From IMG/VR virus record IMGVR_UViG_3300046832_000395, positions 1 through 30,283 of that record: DNA of 30,283 nucleotides; one strand, given 5' to 3'. This DNA comes from a virus. Lineage: Duplodnaviria; Caudoviricetes. Position 1 is the stretch's first letter; every line of letters starts with the position of its first letter. Below, in pieces: positions 10,233-19,029 of this stretch. Under the pieces are notes generated by a model. The model made no database searches, was not told the origin of the DNA, and saw only the letters and a list, made by a program, of their open reading frames with translations. The translations under genes were made by a program, and so were the position numbers.

Positions 10233-11365
10233 TAACATTCTGTATACCAAGCAAGAATAATTTACGATACTTAAAACCATGTATCAAATCTATTCAAGAT
10301 AATTCTTACTATCCGAATCAAATCATTGTGTACGTAGATCAAGACACAGACGGAACTGTAGAATGGTTGAGAGAGAATGGTATTAAGTTCATTCAAAACC
10401 ACGAAGAGACTCCAAAAGGAATAGGCTTCGCTTACGATAATATGTTTCAATGGGCCGATAGAGAATACGTAATAGCATTTCACGCTGATATGATTCTTGG
10501 TCCTCATGCAGACAAACACATGATGGATATTAAAACAAAGGACAACATCGTGTGCGCCACTCGTATAGAACCACCACTACATCCAGCAGGAATAGAGAAG
10601 ATAGTACAGGATTTTGGTATGTGGCCAGAAGATTTGAAGATCGAAGAGTTTAATGAATTCGTTGAGGAAAACAAAAGTGATAAGATAACTAAAAGCATCT
10701 TCGCTCCATGGTTAATTAGAAAAGACCAACACTTAGGACACGATCCTATATTCTTATCTGTATTCGAAGACGCAGATCTATTTAGAAGATTCAAATTACA
10801 TGGTTACGATTTGATTCAATCGTGGTCTGCAATGGTATATCACTTGACTTGTAGAGGCGGACAGTTTGCACACGTAGAAAAAATGGAAGACTTTCAAAAG
10901 AAGGACGAATCATGGCAAGTAAATAACTCCATATCAATGAACGAATATATTAGAAAATGGGGAGGGTTTTTAAAACAAACTGATACATTAGAACCTATAC
11001 CGAATATCAAATACAATGTAGGATTAAAAATATTGAATTGTTTTAATGACGGTGTACTTGGAGTAGAACCATTCTTCGATCAGATACAATGCGAAGCGGA
11101 TCCTACTAACTACATTAATACAAATAAAGACATTTCATCTTTCGATATAGCCACTAAGTTTGTTAGTGAGTTAACTACAGATATGATTTTAGAAGCGGAC
11201 TATAAAGATATTCTTAATAATCAAGAACTTTTTAATTATATTCTGCATAACCTACCAGAATTAATCACTAACGAGGTTGAGGAACCCGGACAATACGAGT
11301 TACAAATATTCAAATTAATTGTAAGAGAGAAAAAAGAAAGTCAACCTAAATTAAAATTATGTTAA
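10229..11365 (+). CDS. GT2-family glycosyltransferase, paralog A, with C-terminal extension
   Basis: ITFCIPS, DTDGTVEWL, FHADMI, FEDADLFRRF, VYHLTCRG, RKWG. Confidence 0.85.
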   Translation: MITFCIPSKNNLRYLKPCIKSIQDNSYYPNQIIVYVDQDTDGTVEWLRENGIKFIQNHEETPKGIGFAYDNMFQWADREYVIAFHADMILGPHADKHMMDIKTKDNIVCATRIEPPLHPAGIEKIVQDFGMWPEDLKIEEFNEFVEENKSDKITKSIFAPWLIRKDQHLGHDPIFLSVFEDADLFRRFKLHGYDLIQSWSAMVYHLTCRGGQFAHVEKMEDFQKKDESWQVNNSISMNEYIRKWGGFLKQTDTLEPIPNIKYNVGLKILNCFNDGVLGVEPFFDQIQCEADPTNYINTNKDISSFDIATKFVSELTTDMILEADYKDILNNQELFNYILHNLPELITNEVEEPGQYELQIFKLIVREKKESQPKLKLC

Positions 11366-12534
11366 CACAAGAACAAGTTACGTTAGTCGTACCATCTAGT
11401 AATAATCTAAGACACTTAAAGAATGCATATACAAGTATAAAGACTCACGCGCCTAATTGTAAAATTGTTATGTTAGACGACGGATCTACTGACGGCACGA
11501 CTGAATGGTTGGCTGGAATTAGCGATGACAATATTACCGCCGTATACAGATCAGATAAAAGAGTTGGTCATACAATACTATACGATAAAGGAATCGAGTT
11601 AGCTGAAACAGAAGTGGTAGGTATCATGCACGCAGATATGATCTTAGGTCCTTATTACTTAGAGAATATGCTAAAGCACTTACAAAGAGAAACTGTAGTA
11701 TGCGCGACAAGAGTAGAACCACCATTGCACCCAGCTGGAGAAGAGAAGATCATTAAAGATTTTGGTACTGACTTTGATAATTTAAAATTAGATGCATTTG
11801 AAGCATACGTTTTAGAAGCTCAACACGAGTATAAAGACTTAACAACTAACGGCATGTTTGCACCGTGGATCATATACAAAGAAGACTTCGTTGCAATGGG
11901 TGGCCACGACGCATTGTTTGCTCCATTCCCTTACGAAGATTCCGACATATTCCAAAGATGGATACTACACGGATACGAACTAATCCAGTCAAGAGATGCA
12001 TTCGTATACCACTTAACTTGTAGAGGACACAGATGGACAGAAGAGATTGGTAAGGACGATGACTACTTTAAGAACGCATCAGCAAAAGCCGCAAGAAACT
12101 ATCTTAGAAAATGGGGTAGTTGGATTGAGAACGACGAGTATCAGAGACCAATATTAAAACCGAGGTACGATATAGGAATAGTTGTGGAGAATTGCGATGC
12201 TAACCTACTACTCTCGTTAGAGCCCTGGTTCAATAACATATACGTAGATCAGGCTTTAATTGCTGACTATATAAAACATGAACAGCCTAAGACAGAGCTA
12301 ATCCTTGAAGCTAGGGTGCGTCCAATAGAAGAGCCAAAACAGAACGATATACTTATTTACTTTGACGCAAAAGATAACGTGGATCTAAACATAGTTCCAA
12401 ATATACAGGTTATCATTAGAGAATCCGTAGATGCAGTAGGTACGTACGAATACAACGGACTTAAGATCGATGTGTTACAAATGGTAGACCACACAGACAA
12501 AATGATGGGAACATTCATCAAGAACGTATTCTAA
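11359..12534 (+). CDS. GT2-family glycosyltransferase, paralog B, with C-terminal extension
   Basis: VTLVVPS, LDDGSTDGTTEWL, MHADMI, YEDSDIFQRW, VYHLTCRG, RKWG. Confidence 0.88.
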   Translation: MLTQEQVTLVVPSSNNLRHLKNAYTSIKTHAPNCKIVMLDDGSTDGTTEWLAGISDDNITAVYRSDKRVGHTILYDKGIELAETEVVGIMHADMILGPYYLENMLKHLQRETVVCATRVEPPLHPAGEEKIIKDFGTDFDNLKLDAFEAYVLEAQHEYKDLTTNGMFAPWIIYKEDFVAMGGHDALFAPFPYEDSDIFQRWILHGYELIQSRDAFVYHLTCRGHRWTEEIGKDDDYFKNASAKAARNYLRKWGSWIENDEYQRPILKPRYDIGIVVENCDANLLLSLEPWFNNIYVDQALIADYIKHEQPKTELILEARVRPIEEPKQNDILIYFDAKDNVDLNIVPNIQVIIRESVDAVGTYEYNGLKIDVLQMVDHTDKMMGTFIKNVF

Positions 12535-12543
12535 ATATTTATA
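12535..12543 (+). promoter_or_regulatory. Putative late promoter box ATATTTAT(A)
   Basis: Intergenic; same 8-mer recurs in intergenic gaps at 21558, 25507 and 29392. Confidence 0.55.
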
Positions 12544-12555
12544 AGATAAAAGACG

Positions 12556-12882
12556 ATGGCCCTTTCACAACAACCTAAATACCCTGTAACTTTGACAATA
12601 GATGGCAAAAAGATGCCATTTCAAATACAGTTCGATGTAAACGATAACACCACAAAGATGGGTATCAAGATGCAATTCATATTGAGTCAAGAGATTCAAG
12701 ATCCAAGAGCAAAGCAGGAATTGGCAAATAAGATATCTGTTGCTTTACAAAAAAGAATGGGAGATGCGGGTATTACCATTGCTTACGACGATAGAAATGC
12801 ATATCAAAATGTTATAGGATTCACCATACCATTGACATCGATCTCCGATATGCTAATGAAGACATTCAAAGGAGGAGAATAA
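12556..12882 (+). CDS. Hypothetical protein
   Basis: 108-aa ORF in strand-consistent array, downstream of ATATTTAT. Confidence 0.8.
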   Translation: MALSQQPKYPVTLTIDGKKMPFQIQFDVNDNTTKMGIKMQFILSQEIQDPRAKQELANKISVALQKRMGDAGITIAYDDRNAYQNVIGFTIPLTSISDMLMKTFKGGE

Positions 12883-12898
12883 AATATTAAAACTAGTT

Positions 12899-13249
12899 AT
12901 GGGAAAAAATAGACCGCCTCGAGCCATATTTGAAAAGATCGGTACGTTGACGGCACAAGATATAGAAGCATCCAACATACTAAAAGGCCTTCTTAAGGTC
13001 GAAGTACCAAAGGCGATAGAGTACGCCATAGAAAATAAGAAGACCTTTGCTTCTATTTTTGAGATAAACGATTCTAATTCATACATAGAACTGCATAAGA
13101 ACCAATGGATCTCTGCACTTGAAACATGCATATTATTTTACGTCGAGGAAGAGGATTACGAGGCGTGTAACAAAATGACAAAACTTATAGATTCAATTAA
13201 ATCTAAGAAGATTAATAAAATTGTTACTCACACAGATAAAACAAATTAA
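12899..13249 (+). CDS. Hypothetical protein with C-terminal UVR-like helical motif
   Basis: EEEDYEACNKM resembles the UvrB/UvrC EDYExAA motif. Confidence 0.7.
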   Translation: MGKNRPPRAIFEKIGTLTAQDIEASNILKGLLKVEVPKAIEYAIENKKTFASIFEINDSNSYIELHKNQWISALETCILFYVEEEDYEACNKMTKLIDSIKSKKINKIVTHTDKTN

Positions 13250-13250
13250 G

Positions 13251-13658
13251 ATGGCAGACAATTTTAAAGAGGTGCAAACTGCGGTGGATAACATGCTGAA
13301 TGTTAAGTCTTACGTAAGAAGAAAGAAGAAGACACAATCTGATAAGAAGAAAGAGATGTTCGTACAAATGATAAACAGTTTGGACGAGATATTTGTAAGA
13401 CAAGGATTGATGTACGCAGATATGGATATGGATATGTTTAAGTACGACGAGAAGTTTTTAGCAGTTATAGACGTCATGATCTATTTCCACTTTGGTGAAG
13501 CTTGTTCAGAAGTAATAGCATTCTACCTTTACGATAGACAAAATCCAGACGGAACTCTAAATCCCATATTGGACGAAAATGACACTGAAATAATATTACA
13601 AAATCCTTACGATCTTTGGAACTTATTAGTAATGATTAATCCCAAAATTCAAGATTAA
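13251..13658 (+). CDS. Hypothetical protein
   Basis: Probable start ATG 13251 just after upstream stop; TAATG-coupled to next gene. Confidence 0.8.
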   Translation: MADNFKEVQTAVDNMLNVKSYVRRKKKTQSDKKKEMFVQMINSLDEIFVRQGLMYADMDMDMFKYDEKFLAVIDVMIYFHFGEACSEVIAFYLYDRQNPDGTLNPILDENDTEIILQNPYDLWNLLVMINPKIQD

Positions 13659-14338
13659 TGGAAGAGAATAAAGACAAACCTCAATTCATATATCAAGGTC
13701 TTCAGATCACAGAAGATCAGATATGGGAGGCAATGAAGAATACGCGTAGCAATCACGAAGCTGCGAGATGGATGAAGATCACATACGTTACTTACAAGAA
13801 ATACGCAAAGAAATACATAGATAGAGATACGGGTAAAACTTTGTTTGATTTTCACATGAATCAATCTGCTAAAGGCATACCAAAGAATTTTCAAGGCAGT
13901 AACTTTAAGAAAGACTTGGAAGAGATGCTCGTAGAAAAACAAGTGGCAAATCCTCAGAGAGTGGCTAAGCTTAAAGATCTATTAATGAAAGATGGTAGAT
14001 TAGGTTATTGTTGCGCTGAGTGCGGATTCAAAGAGAAACGCATATTAGACATGAAGGTACCGTTATTGATTAACTTCTCTAATGGTAACAAATCAGATTG
14101 GAGAATAGAGAATTTGAGATGGTTATGTTACAACTGTAGTTTCTTATTTGCAGTGGATCCATTCAGCGATCGCATAACAAGAAACATAGAGTCTAAGTAC
14201 ATACACGACGAAGAGGTATTAGAAGAGAACAATACGAAGTTCTACGATTTGGATCCATTTTATTTGGAACACTTAGAAAGAATAGGTTACGACGATAAAG
14301 GCAACCTAAACGTAGACGATATCATAGATTATAAGTAA
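13658..14338 (+). CDS. Putative HTH plus degenerate Zn-binding HNH-fold protein
   Basis: SNHEAARWMKITYVTYKKYAK (HTH-like); CAECG..LLINFSNGNKSDWRIENLRWLCYNC matches HNH scaffold but lacks catalytic His residues. Confidence 0.7.
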   Translation: MEENKDKPQFIYQGLQITEDQIWEAMKNTRSNHEAARWMKITYVTYKKYAKKYIDRDTGKTLFDFHMNQSAKGIPKNFQGSNFKKDLEEMLVEKQVANPQRVAKLKDLLMKDGRLGYCCAECGFKEKRILDMKVPLLINFSNGNKSDWRIENLRWLCYNCSFLFAVDPFSDRITRNIESKYIHDEEVLEENNTKFYDLDPFYLEHLERIGYDDKGNLNVDDIIDYK

Positions 14339-14340
14339 CC

Positions 14341-14547
14341 GTTTCCAACGCGTTATATATCAATAAAATCATAATGTGCAACTGATTGGTTTTCAGCCGG
14401 ATACAACTGGTTGGTTATCAATCAGTTGCACTTTTTTGTGATATTACTCAAAAAATACATACACAACTGATTGGTTCTCTATCAAGAAGTTTCTAAAATA
14501 GTTCAATAAAACAGCTCTAGATAGCCAGAATTGTGTAAATTTACCTT
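14341..14547 (+). promoter_or_regulatory. Regulatory module A: 25-bp palindromic IHF-like boxes plus TAnnTTTA promoter box
   Basis: Boxes at 14379-14403, 14404-14428 and 14464-14488, half-site at 14346-14355; GTAAATTTACCTT at 14535-14547; homologous to module B. Confidence 0.7.
14404..14437 (+). terminator. Putative intrinsic terminator of upstream operon
   Basis: CAACTGGTTG-GTTAT-CAATCAGTTG stem (one G-U) followed by CAC and T6; alternative perfect 13-bp stem 14376-14388/14419-14431. Confidence 0.5.
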
Positions 14548-14566
14548 ATATCAAACAATAAAACTT

Positions 14567-14887
14567 ATGCAATTACGAATCCACGTTAAAAATGCTCTTA
14601 CTAAAGAGGTCGAAATCGACAGTGTTATTAATATTGAGAACGAAGATATCGAAATCATTCGTGCCAATCACAACGTATTCTACGAAGTGTATCCTGACTG
14701 TCACGTTAATTTTGAGTGGCCATCTTCGAATGTAGAATTGTTTGATACTAATTTTATTGGTGGAGTACCTCGTAATATGGAATTAGATCAAGCAAAAATA
14801 GATACAGGTGAAATGTCGTGGCAATCGTACATGAAAAAGTGGCACAACACAGACATAGAATATTCAGTAATGCCTTCATTAAACTAA
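14567..14887 (+). CDS. Hypothetical protein, first gene after module A
   Basis: Probable start ATG 14567 after AATAAAACTT leader. Confidence 0.8.
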   Translation: MQLRIHVKNALTKEVEIDSVINIENEDIEIIRANHNVFYEVYPDCHVNFEWPSSNVELFDTNFIGGVPRNMELDQAKIDTGEMSWQSYMKKWHNTDIEYSVMPSLN

Positions 14888-14892
14888 TTAAT

Positions 14893-14997
14893 ATGAATCA
14901 GTATATTTCAGTAGGTGAATTAATAGTAATTTTCGTAGTCTGTATTATAGGTTACGTAATGTTTAAAACAATTTTTGAAACAAATAAAAACAAATAA
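14893..14997 (+). CDS. 34-aa single-TM microprotein
   Basis: MNQYISVGELIVIFVVCIIGYVMFKTIFETNKNK; fills the gap exactly; below ORF-track cutoff. Confidence 0.7.
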   Translation: MNQYISVGELIVIFVVCIIGYVMFKTIFETNKNK

Positions 14998-15003
14998 TAA
15001 GTT

Positions 15004-16167
15004 ATGATAAAGAAAACAAACAAATCGTTGGACGGTACTTCATTTCATGGTGCTACATTTAGTGCTACGTTAGCAGATCTACAAGTTATCTTAGGTGCGC
15101 CAAACAGTGGCGGTGACCATCACGATAAAGTACAAAACGAGTGGGAATTGGAATTAGAAGACGGTACTGTATTTAGTGTGTACGATTGGAAAGAGTATCG
15201 TCGTTATACAGATAAAGAAACAATCGAATGGCATATCGGTGGTATGAACCTAAAAGATACATTCGTAGCTCAAGATGCTTTAGTAGAAGCATTAGCTACT
15301 ATGGACGCAAAGCCAAACTTGTTTCAATCAGTTAAGTCGTTTATCAATTCTAAGAACGTAGGTGACACATTCACTACTAAAGAATACCACGCAGCAATGG
15401 CCGGTATCGAACAACCAACTTGGTGGAAAAAATATAATAAGCAATTGTTTTATCGTAGCAATACATATAGATCTTACTTAAGACATTTAGGATTCGTTAA
15501 AAATCCTGAGCGCGGATTGTGGAAAGTAATATGTCACATTCCAGCATGGTTAGATAGCGGTCATGTTAACAGCGCATTAGGTTATATGTACGAAACAGAG
15601 CGTATCACGTGGACTTTCAACGTTGCTACTGGAGCAGAAACAAACACTCCTAATGCACCATATAACATTGTTTATAAACTGTATAAAGGTATGACGAGAG
15701 ACGAAATTGTAACTAAGATCAAGAACTACATACTTGAATTTGGTATTGTTAAAACAGTAGAAGTACCTAAAGTAGAAGTAGATCATTTAGCCGAATACAA
15801 AATTGCTACAGCAAAGTTAGCTAAGGATTTGGCTAGTGAAATTATCGGTGATGGCAAATCTCCTAACGTATGGTTCGTTACTCAATCACCATACTACATG
15901 AAGTACAAGGATGGATACGGTGAGTCATTCTTATTAGATGGATTTGATGCATCAGACTATAGTGTAATGTTTGGTCCTTTCTTTACTTACAAAGATGCGT
16001 GTGCTCAGTACGACGAAATAGAATTAGAAGCATACGATGGAGTTGGTACAGTAACTATAGAAGATCGTAAGATAGGTGTGGTTAAAGAGAAATTCTTAGA
16101 AGAGAGAATAACCATAGACTATTCTTACAACGAAATTGACGACTCTAAATTTTATAACAATAAATAA
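15004..16167 (+). CDS. Multi-domain hypothetical phage protein
   Basis: N-terminal GTSFHG..DKVQNEW..YDWKE..EWHIGG module, a middle wHTH-like region and an acidic C-terminal region. Confidence 0.8.
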   Translation: MIKKTNKSLDGTSFHGATFSATLADLQVILGAPNSGGDHHDKVQNEWELELEDGTVFSVYDWKEYRRYTDKETIEWHIGGMNLKDTFVAQDALVEALATMDAKPNLFQSVKSFINSKNVGDTFTTKEYHAAMAGIEQPTWWKKYNKQLFYRSNTYRSYLRHLGFVKNPERGLWKVICHIPAWLDSGHVNSALGYMYETERITWTFNVATGAETNTPNAPYNIVYKLYKGMTRDEIVTKIKNYILEFGIVKTVEVPKVEVDHLAEYKIATAKLAKDLASEIIGDGKSPNVWFVTQSPYYMKYKDGYGESFLLDGFDASDYSVMFGPFFTYKDACAQYDEIELEAYDGVGTVTIEDRKIGVVKEKFLEERITIDYSYNEIDDSKFYNNK

Positions 16168-16174
16168 TTTAATT

Positions 16175-16375
16175 ATGTTACACGAATACACTAAAGCTGA
16201 GTTAAACAGCATGGACACAATCGAACAAGCATGGGACGGTGATGAATTAAAGATCGAAACCGATACTCATAAAATTTGGTTAGTACTACGAGAGAATAGA
16301 GTATACAATGGCGACTATGTAGTAGAAACAAATGTTGATGGTAGATGGGAACAAGCATCATATTACTTTAATTAA
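16175..16375 (+). CDS. Hypothetical protein
   Basis: Probable start ATG 16175 (MLHEYTKAEL). Confidence 0.75.
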   Translation: MLHEYTKAELNSMDTIEQAWDGDELKIETDTHKIWLVLRENRVYNGDYVVETNVDGRWEQASYYFN

Positions 16376-16388
16376 TAAAAATATAAAC

Positions 16389-16664
16389 ATGACTCAGTCA
16401 CAATTAAATAAATTGACTTTATTAGAATTATCAAAGTTAAATAGAATGGTAGTAGATACCATTAAAGCAAAGAAGAAAACAGATTCAAAAGAGAAACGTA
16501 AAGCATTCAGTATCGGAGATAAGGTTATAGTAGAGCACAAGAAGACAAGCGGTAAAGTGTTCATCATAAAGGATATCAGATTGACTAAAGCCACCGTACA
16601 CGAAGTAGATGGATTTGGTAGATACGATGTACCTTTGACAATGATAGGACCTTATTGCTATTAA
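16389..16664 (+). CDS. Basic protein with possible KOW/SH3-like barrel
   Basis: FSIGDKVIV, IKDIRLTKATV, YDVPLTMI; probable start ATG 16389. Confidence 0.7.
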   Translation: MTQSQLNKLTLLELSKLNRMVVDTIKAKKKTDSKEKRKAFSIGDKVIVEHKKTSGKVFIIKDIRLTKATVHEVDGFGRYDVPLTMIGPYCY

Positions 16665-16682
16665 TAATTAAAAACATAATAT

Positions 16683-16949
16683 ATGTACATAGATAATTTA
16701 ACAGGAATTGAATTCACTTTTAGAACAGACGATCAATACGAAAATGCTCGCTTCGGTGGATACATAGAGAATTATAAGATCGCTAGAGTAGAAGTAACCT
16801 ACGACGATGGATCTAGAATAGATGCGCCGTATCACTCATTCGAAGAATTCCAGAAATGCGTTAAACAAATGTGGGATGCTAAGAACGTAATCAGTGTATT
16901 ACCTTATCAAGCTGATCATTACTATGACATACAAGAATACGCAGAATAA
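16683..16949 (+). CDS. Hypothetical protein
   Basis: ORF with A-rich leader in tight array. Confidence 0.75.
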   Translation: MYIDNLTGIEFTFRTDDQYENARFGGYIENYKIARVEVTYDDGSRIDAPYHSFEEFQKCVKQMWDAKNVISVLPYQADHYYDIQEYAE

Positions 16950-16966
16950 TTTTAAAAACAATTAAT

Positions 16967-17164
16967 ATGATAAAAGACATAGAAAAAGAAATCGAGTTAA
17001 TACAAGAAAGAGAAAACACAATGGCAAATCCAGAATTCCAAGCTTGGATGAAGGAACTAAACGTATCACAATCTTTTGAAGATAAAACGGTTAAGATAAA
17101 AGCCTACGATCTACAAATGCAATATGACAACAAACGCTATTCTAAACTAAACTTTAATTTATAA
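16967..17164 (+). CDS. Hypothetical protein
   Basis: ORF with A-rich leader in tight array. Confidence 0.7.
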   Translation: MIKDIEKEIELIQERENTMANPEFQAWMKELNVSQSFEDKTVKIKAYDLQMQYDNKRYSKLNFNL

Positions 17165-17167
17165 GAT

Positions 17168-17773
17168 ATGAAATTAAGCAAGAACGATAAGATGTTTATT
17201 GAGTTAGTAAAAAATGATTGTAAGAAACACAAGATATCGTGTAAGCTTAAAGACGTTAACTATTTAAAGCCAATTCCGTCTATTAGGTGCACAGGATATT
17301 TCGATGACGATAGCAGAACATTGCAAGTGGCGATGAAGCAGAAAGATTCGTTTGAAATATTGGTACACGAATACAGCCACCTCACTCAATGGATAGACAA
17401 AGTACCAGTATATGTAAAAGCAAATAAGTATCTATTATTGGTGGATGCATGGATAACAGGATCGGATCTTCCATCTCGCATAATTGAATCAGCAATTCAA
17501 GGAGTTGTAGAATTAGAATTAGATAACGAGAAAAGATCTGCTAAGTTGATTGAGAAATATAACTTAAGCATTGACAAAGAAAATTATATCAAAAAGGCGA
17601 ATGCTTATTTATACTTTCATCATTGGATGAGGAAAACAAGAAGATGGTCGAGTTCTGATAATCCACCATATAGGAACAAAAATATTATCGCAGCGATGCC
17701 TAGTAATTTTAGAGGCAAGTACGATAAGTTACCGAAGAGATTTGAAAAACTATTTGAACAAGAAAACATATAA
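17168..17773 (+). CDS. Zincin-like HExxH protein
   Basis: ILVHEYSH with downstream ELELDNE. Confidence 0.7.
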   Translation: MKLSKNDKMFIELVKNDCKKHKISCKLKDVNYLKPIPSIRCTGYFDDDSRTLQVAMKQKDSFEILVHEYSHLTQWIDKVPVYVKANKYLLLVDAWITGSDLPSRIIESAIQGVVELELDNEKRSAKLIEKYNLSIDKENYIKKANAYLYFHHWMRKTRRWSSSDNPPYRNKNIIAAMPSNFRGKYDKLPKRFEKLFEQENI

Positions 17774-17776
17774 GAT

Positions 17777-18433
17777 ATGAAGATAACATTAGAAAAAGGA
17801 CAGCGGTTATTTTTTACGAGTGACACGCATTATAATCACGCTAATATATGTTCAGCTACCACTAAGTGGACTGATCCTACTACAATAAGGGAGTTCAAGA
17901 GTTTAGAAAGAATGAACGCTACTTTAGTAGATAATATAAACGAAGTGGTTAAGCAAGACGACATACTAATTCACTTAGGAGATTGGTCTTTCGGTGGATT
18001 CGATAGCATCAAGGAATTTAGAGATAGAATTGTGTGCAAGACTATTCATTTGATATTAGGCAATCACGATGACCACATTCAAAAGAATAAAGAGGATATA
18101 CAATCTTTATTTAGTTCTGTACACGACTACTTGTACCTTCACGTAAAGTATAATGTTGGTACTCCATTAATGGGCGATCAGTTGTTTATGTGCATGCACT
18201 ATCCTATTGCTAGTTGGAATAACATGGCCAGAGGAGCGATCCATTTACACGGTCACGTCCATTTCCCTACAAATCAACGCATAGGACCTGGTAAAATGAT
18301 GGACGTGGGAGTGGATGGTAACAATTTATATCCAATAGACATGTCAGAAGTATTAAGCTTAATGAATAAGCAACCAATCAAATCGTTATTCAAATTTGAC
18401 CATCACGAAAAAATCGAAAATTATTCAAAATAA
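17777..18433 (+). CDS. Calcineurin-like metallophosphoesterase
   Basis: SDTHYNH, HLGD, GNHD, HYP, HGHVH, DVGVD. Confidence 0.92.
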   Translation: MKITLEKGQRLFFTSDTHYNHANICSATTKWTDPTTIREFKSLERMNATLVDNINEVVKQDDILIHLGDWSFGGFDSIKEFRDRIVCKTIHLILGNHDDHIQKNKEDIQSLFSSVHDYLYLHVKYNVGTPLMGDQLFMCMHYPIASWNNMARGAIHLHGHVHFPTNQRIGPGKMMDVGVDGNNLYPIDMSEVLSLMNKQPIKSLFKFDHHEKIENYSK

Positions 18434-18438
18434 AAAAT

Positions 18439-18612
18439 ATGAAAACAACATTATGGATTGCAGAAGTAAAATGGAAAGACGGTAAACTGGAGTTCTTCGG
18501 ACCATTTACTGAATATGATACAGGAATTAAAGTGTGGAGTGCAAATTTCTCATTTGAACATTCTGGTAAATTTGAGTGGATAGACTATCATACATTAAAC
18601 CAAAATATATAG
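18439..18612 (+). CDS. 57-aa hypothetical protein
   Basis: MKTTLWIAEVKWKDGKLEFFGPF...; fills the gap; not in ORF track. Confidence 0.7.
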   Translation: MKTTLWIAEVKWKDGKLEFFGPFTEYDTGIKVWSANFSFEHSGKFEWIDYHTLNQNI

Positions 18613-18615
18613 ACT

Positions 18616-19029
18616 ATGAGTGGAGTATTAACATTATTAAGAGGATTACCAGGCTCAGGTAAGAGTACGTTCGCCAATTTTATATGGAACGACTATGCGA
18701 TATGCGAAGCTGATAAGTTCTTCTACGACAAAGAAGGTAATTACAACTTCGATGCCAGTAAATTAAGACAAGCACACGAGTGGTGCAGACAAGAAGTAGA
18801 GACGAGAATGGTAGAGAATTCAATTACTCCTCAATACTACCCTGAAATTGTAGTATCGAATACATTTACACAAGAATGGGAGATGGAGCCATACTTTAAA
18901 TTAGCAGAGCAATATGGATATAGAGTGTTCACTATTATCATAGAGAATAGACATGATGGTAAGAACGTACACGGAGTACCTGATGAGAAGTTAGAACAAA
19001 TGAGAAACAGATTTCAAATAAAATTATAA
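18616..19029 (+). CDS. P-loop kinase (AAA_33, polynucleotide-kinase-like)
   Basis: LRGLPGSGKST Walker A, EADKFF, VSNTFTQEWE, HGVP; TAATG-coupled to RNA ligase. Confidence 0.9.
   Translation: MSGVLTLLRGLPGSGKSTFANFIWNDYAICEADKFFYDKEGNYNFDASKLRQAHEWCRQEVETRMVENSITPQYYPEIVVSNTFTQEWEMEPYFKLAEQYGYRVFTIIIENRHDGKNVHGVPDEKLEQMRNRFQIKL

Noticed and set aside
1-12534. Bacterial O-antigen or capsule locus
   Set aside because: No wzx, wzy, wzz, ABC exporter or initiating transferase is seen, and the flanks are phage-like; a host-surface target is still not excluded
13658-14338. Active homing endonuclease or intron
   Set aside because: Catalytic His residues are absent and no interrupted gene flanks it
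14341-14490. CRISPR mini-array
   Set aside because: Repeats are degenerate, in mixed orientation, abutting or irregularly spaced, with no cas genes in the window
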